DNA of 22,526 nucleotides from Chthoniobacteraceae bacterium (GTDB lineage Bacteria; Verrucomicrobiota; Verrucomicrobiia; Chthoniobacterales; Chthoniobacteraceae). How positions within the stretch are numbered: position 1 is the first letter of the stretch; the number at the start of each line of letters is the position of its first letter. Made by a program: the position numbers and the translations under genes. This document shows, in pieces, positions 18,895 to 22,526 of the stretch. The notes beneath the pieces were generated by a model. The model worked only from the letters and a program-made list of their open reading frames with translations. It was not told where the DNA came from and ran no database searches. The stretch is from positions 1 through 22,526 of the forward strand of contig JANNXQ010000244.1 in assembly GCA_031409655.1 (NCBI GenBank). The letters run 5' to 3'.

Positions 18895-19028
18895 TTCAGA
18901 GTTTGGAGTTTGGAGTTTGGCGTTCTTGGTGAGCGGAAAACTTTAAACTTAAAACCCCGAACAGCGGAGCGCACGAACACCTCCCGCGTTCTCCCTCATT
19001 CCCTCCCAGGCACCGGGAAAAATCCGCC

Positions 19029-19991
19029 TCAATCCCCGAACGCTTTCAGAAAAGCGCACTCCAGCGCGAGAGGCTCCGCGACGCCTGTGCGATTCAGGCT
19101 TTCGCGGAGTTGCTCCAGCGCCGCCGTCTTGCGCAGCACTTGCGGAGTGCTGTGCCGGGTGGCCAGCGCCGCCGTCGTCTCGGAGAAAGCCGGCAAGTCG
19201 ATCGCGCCGCCGTGCTGCTGGCGCAGGACGTCCGCCCACCACTGCTCCAGCAGCTCGATGAAGCCCGCGCGCGCGCCCAGATAGCGCGCTTCGGTGAGCG
19301 CCTTGTAGTAGTCCTCGCGCTCCTCGAGCCCGTGGCTGTCGCCCACTTGTTTGTACACTTGCTCCTCCTTTTTCAAAGCCGCAGCGGTCTCCTCTGCCAC
19401 CGCCGCTTTGGCCTCCGACAGGAGTCCCTCCAGCGTCCGCACGAGGCCGAAGATGTGCGGCAATTCGGGACGCGGGATTTTGCCAAAGTCCACCAAAGCA
19501 TCCAGCCACGCGCTCTGCAGCGGCGTCGGCTCGCGCGGCACCACGAGGCGCAGCGGCACCTCGATGCACCGGCTCAAGATCGTCTCCAGGAGCTGATCCG
19601 GCTGCGCACTGACCAGCAGGAGGTGCGAGCTGGCCGGTGGTTCTTCCAGCGTTTTCAGAAAGGCATTGGCCGCCGCTTCGATGAGCCGATCCGCATCGAA
19701 GATCACCCCCACCTTCGGCCCGCCCATCAAGGAACGCAGCCGCAGCTCATGCTCCAGCGCCCGGATCTGCTCCACGCGGATCCGGCGCGACTTTGACTCC
19801 GGCTCGATGGTGTGCACATCCGGATGTCGCATCGGCTCACCCGAGTCGCCCGTGAGCAGACCGCAGATGCTCCGCACCAGCTCCCGCTTCCCGCTGCCTT
19901 CCGGTCCCGTGATCAGATACCCGTGGGCAAAGCGCCCATGCTCATGAGCCGCGTGCAGGAGAGTGAAGGCTTCGGAAGCGGTGAATGGCAC
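19029..19991 (-). CDS. holB: DNA polymerase III delta' subunit
   Basis: HGYLITGPEGSGK, HPDV, IRVEQIR, AANAFLKTLEEP, LLETILSRC. Downstream of tmk (conserved synteny). Start inferred at GTG 19991 (MPFTASEAF) because the extension to 20045 runs through a repeat. Confidence 0.9.
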   Translation of the reverse strand: MPFTASEAFTLLHAAHEHGRFAHGYLITGPEGSGKRELVRSICGLLTGDSGEPMRHPDVHTIEPESKSRRIRVEQIRALEHELRLRSLMGGPKVGVIFDADRLIEAAANAFLKTLEEPPASSHLLLVSAQPDQLLETILSRCIEVPLRLVVPREPTPLQSAWLDALVDFGKIPRPELPHIFGLVRTLEGLLSEAKAAVAEETAAALKKEEQVYKQVGDSHGLEEREDYYKALTEARYLGARAGFIELLEQWWADVLRQQHGGAIDLPAFSETTAALATRHSTPQVLRKTAALEQLRESLNRTGVAEPLALECAFLKAFGD

Positions 19992-20004
19992 GGGGCGGGG
20001 AAAA

Positions 20005-20143
20005 AGTTGAGCGTTGAGAGTTGAGCGCCGCGCGGTTTCCGGCACGGGGGCCGGTCTGGAGCGGGAGGTGATGCTAGGGCGATCTGCGGAAAGTCACGTT
20101 CCTCTGACCTATTGAGTCGGCTCTCAACTCTCAACTCTCAACT
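20005..20143. repeat. 26-bp inverted repeat built from AGTTGAG heptamers, with 87-bp spacer
   Basis: AGTTGAG CGTTGAG AGTTGAG CGCCG (20005-20030) versus CGGCT CTCAACT CTCAACT CTCAACT (20118-20143); 24 of 26 complementary. Confidence 0.85.
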
Positions 20144-20777
20144 TCCCCTCCACCCGCTCCCAGATCTCCGCCGCCACGGCCTCGATCGGCCGACTCGCAT
20201 CCAGCACCGCGATCCGCTCCGGATGCGCCGTCGCCAGTGCGAGGTAACCGCGCCGCACCGCTTCGTAAAATTCCGCCGGCTGACTCTCCATCCGGTCTGG
20301 AGTCTCCGCGCTCGGCGCCCGCCGCGTCAGCCGCGCCCGCGCCTCCGCCAGATCCAGATCCAGGAGGAAAGTGAGCGCCGGCAGGCAATCCCCCACGGCA
20401 AACTGATTGATCGCCGCCACCTGCGCGCCATCGACCTTCCGCGCGACGCCTTGATAGACCGTCGTCGAATCCAAAAACCGATCCGCGATCACCACTGCCC
20501 CTCGCCCCAGCGCCGGCTGGATCACCTCGCGTACCAGTTGCGCCCGACTCGCCGTGAAGAGCAGCAGCTCCGCCTCCGGCACCATCCCGTGGCCTGCCTT
20601 GGAAAATTGCAGGAGCTGCCGGAGCTGCTCCCCGATCTCCGTCCCCCCCGGCTCCCGTGTCACCACCACCTCCCGTCCCCGCCCCCGGAGCCCTTCCGCG
20701 AGCCGCCGGAGCTGAGTGGATTTTCCGCAGCCCTCGCTGCCTTCAAAAGTGATGAAAAGCCCGCGGGCCATAATCAT
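20124..20777 (-). CDS. tmk: Thymidylate (dTMP) kinase
   Basis: FITFEGSEGCGKSTQ, TREPGGT, ELLLFTASRAQ, ADRFLDST, DRME. Start at 20777 or 20771. Confidence 0.96.
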   Translation of the reverse strand: MIMARGLFITFEGSEGCGKSTQLRRLAEGLRGRGREVVVTREPGGTEIGEQLRQLLQFSKAGHGMVPEAELLLFTASRAQLVREVIQPALGRGAVVIADRFLDSTTVYQGVARKVDGAQVAAINQFAVGDCLPALTFLLDLDLAEARARLTRRAPSAETPDRMESQPAEFYEAVRRGYLALATAHPERIAVLDASRPIEAVAAEIWERVEGKLRVES

Positions 20778-20873
20778 GGGGCGCGGAGTCTCGTGAAGAC
20801 CCGCTGGCCCTGTCCAGCGCGGAAAGCTGGCGAGAGAACGCCCTCCGCCCCGGTGGATCGCGCACTCGGACTA

Positions 20874-20900
20874 GGTGGATGGCGCGCTCCGCCGCGCCAT
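20874..20900 (+). repeat. REP-like hairpin (GTGG foot plus GC-rich stem)
   Basis: GGTGG-ATGGCGCG-ctccgc-CGCGCCAT. A partial direct copy GGTGGATCGCGCACTC starts at 20852. Confidence 0.45.
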
Positions 20901-21099
20901 GCCCAAAGCCAACGCGGCGCCGCCGCCCATCTCTCCCTCACGAGTTCTCGCCCAGATGCCCCGCGGGAGGCGCAGAGAGTTCAGGTAGCGCGCTGCGCGC
21001 GGAGGATTCACCCATGGCCACCGAGATTGGGCGGCTGCGCCGCGGGGTGGGCGCGCAGTTCGGCAAGCACGCGGCGGGGCATCCGGCGCAGAGCTTCGA

Positions 21100-21124
21100 C
21101 GGCGACAGGAATGTCGCCGCCCCC
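21100..21124. repeat. REP-like hairpin downstream of secA
   Basis: CGGCGACA-ggaa-TGTCGCCG, a perfect 8-bp stem. Minus strand reads GGGGGCGGCGACATTCCTGTCGCCG. Confidence 0.5.
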
Positions 21125-21171
21125 TGGGCCGCCCGATCGCGGGCGCGCAAGGCGATGACCGTCAGGCCGCT

Positions 21172-22526
21172 TTAAGCAGCGCTGCGGCCGCAGCAGTTCT
21201 TAAATTTCTTTCCACTGCCGCAGGGACAGGGGTCGTTGCGACCCACTTTCGGAAGCTCGCGGCGGGATGGGGGCAGGGCACCTGGCAGGGTGAGGTCCGC
21301 GCCTTCTTCGTCGGAGGCGGCGATGCGTGGCGCGCGCTGGCCCACGGATTCCTGGGTCTGTGCCCCGGTCTCGTCGGCGTGGATGAGAAATTGCGGGAGA
21401 CTTTGCAGGAAGGCGCCGAAGGCTTCGAGATTGGAGGTGCTGCGGAAGAGGTTGTGGCAGACCTCGCCTTTGATGTTACCCATCAGCTCGGTGAACATCT
21501 GGTAGGCGTCGGTCTTGTATTCGATGAGCGGATCTTTCTGGCCAAAGGCGCGCAGGTACACCGCTTCGCGCAGCGAATCCATGGCGTAGAGATGCTCCTG
21601 CCAGAGGCGATCAATGGCATTGAGGATACAGTGCCGCTCGAGGTGTTTCACGGCGCCTTCTTCCTCGTGTTTGCACTTTAGTTCGTAACTCTTCTTGATC
21701 CGCTCGAGGAGGAAATCCGCGGCTTCCTGCGGTGACTTTGACTCAAGGCCCGCGGCTTCCTCCGTGAGGCCAAGGGGAAAGGTGGTGTTGCACCATTGCA
21801 GCAGCCCAGCGGGATTCCGCTCGCCTTCGTCGGGAAGAAATGCGGCGACCTTTTCGGGAATGTGCTCGTCCAGGGTGTCGTAGAGCAGGGGACGGGGCTC
21901 GTCGCTGTTGATCGCTTCGTTGCGCCAGCCGTAGATGACTTCGCGCTGCTTGTTCATGACGTCGTCGAAATCGAGTGAGCGTTTCCGGATCATGTAATTG
22001 CGCTGCTCGACACGCTTCTGTGCGGTTTCGACGGAGCGGTTCAGCCACGGGTGTTCGAGCGCTTCGCCTTCTTCGAGGCCGAAGCGTTCCATCATTTTCG
22101 TCATGCGATCCGCCGCGCCGAAGTTGCGCATGAGATCGTCTTCAAAGGAGACATAGAAACGCGACTGCCCAGGGTCGCCCTGGCGCGCGCAGCGTCCGCG
22201 GAGCTGGCGATCGATGCGGCGTGCTTCATGCCGCTCGGTGGCAACGACGTAGAGCCCGCCCGCATCGGCGACGCCGGCGCCGAGCTTAATGTCCGTGCCG
22301 CGGCCGGCCATGTTAGTCGATACCGTCACGGAGCCGGGCTGGCCGGCGCGGGCGATGATCTCGGCCTCCTGCATGTGATGCTTCGCGTTGAGCACGGCGT
22401 GCGGAATCTTCTCCCGCTGGAGCATCCGGCTGAGGAGCTGCGAGGCATCGACGCTCACGGTGCCGACGAGCACCGGCTGGCCCTTCGCGTGCGCCTCGCC
22501 GATGTCCTTGATGACCGCGTTGAACT
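21172..22526 (-). CDS. secA: Preprotein translocase SecA, C-terminal part (5' end outside window)
   Basis: [57 protein letters not shown] zinc motif [21 protein letters not shown]. Frame is open to the window end. Confidence 0.98.
   Translation of the reverse strand, partial: FNAVIKDIGEAHAKGQPVLVGTVSVDASQLLSRMLQREKIPHAVLNAKHHMQEAEIIARAGQPGSVTVSTNMAGRGTDIKLGAGVADAGGLYVVATERHEARRIDRQLRGRCARQGDPGQSRFYVSFEDDLMRNFGAADRMTKMMERFGLEEGEALEHPWLNRSVETAQKRVEQRNYMIRKRSLDFDDVMNKQREVIYGWRNEAINSDEPRPLLYDTLDEHIPEKVAAFLPDEGERNPAGLLQWCNTTFPLGLTEEAAGLESKSPQEAADFLLERIKKSYELKCKHEEEGAVKHLERHCILNAIDRLWQEHLYAMDSLREAVYLRAFGQKDPLIEYKTDAYQMFTELMGNIKGEVCHNLFRSTSNLEAFGAFLQSLPQFLIHADETGAQTQESVGQRAPRIAASDEEGADLTLPGALPPSRRELPKVGRNDPCPCGSGKKFKNCCGRSAA

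Larger units (their letters stand above)
18713..18962. repeat. Heptamer tandem array (TTTGGAG-like units) with a degenerate inverted counterpart, interrupted by a MITE-like insertion
   Basis: TTTGGCG TTTGGAG TTCAGA[insert]G TTTGGAG TTTGGAG TTTGGCG (18713-18922), then inverse-type units AACTTTA AACTTAA AACCCCG AAC (18939-18962). Confidence 0.75.

Noticed and set aside
18713..18962. Possible CRISPR array
   Set aside because: Units are 7-9 bp in tandem without unique spacers, and there are no cas genes.
18600..18980. Short ORFs 18600..18980 (-) and 18714..18932 (+) as genes
   Set aside because: They are translations of the heptamer/nonamer repeats and the MITE, with no independent coding evidence.
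20112..21175. ORFs 20112..21158 (+), 20879..21175 (+) and 20938..21150 (-)
   Set aside because: They are antisense to tmk or GC-rich spacer translations with Arg/Ala/Pro bias and no motifs.

Overview
GC-rich bacterial chromosomal window. The lineage is inferred as Verrucomicrobia/Chthoniobacter-like from gene content and from housekeeping starts that lack a Shine-Dalgarno site. Left 5.5 kb: an uncharacterised heme/redox cluster made of a tandem-domain GlcG/HbpS-like heme-binding protein (5'-truncated), a secreted tetraheme c554-like cytochrome with one CX4CH motif, and a divergent operon encoding a predicted di-heme-b membrane protein plus a membrane-anchored decaheme cytochrome c. 5.6-11.1 kb: a three-gene signalling operon (membrane/CHASE3/3xPAS/GAF histidine kinase, single-domain receiver, REC-PP2C phosphatase). 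The remainder is mostly housekeeping (dusB, ErpA/IscA-type carrier, AI-2E transporter, acyltransferase-3, monomeric icd, holB, tmk, secA 3' part) plus a Tyr-rich lipoprotein. The intergenic DNA around holB-tmk-secA carries nested repeat elements: a 162-bp MITE-like element with a 6-bp target duplication inserted into a heptamer tandem array, a second heptamer-built inverted repeat that supplies the tmk stop codon, and REP-like hairpins.
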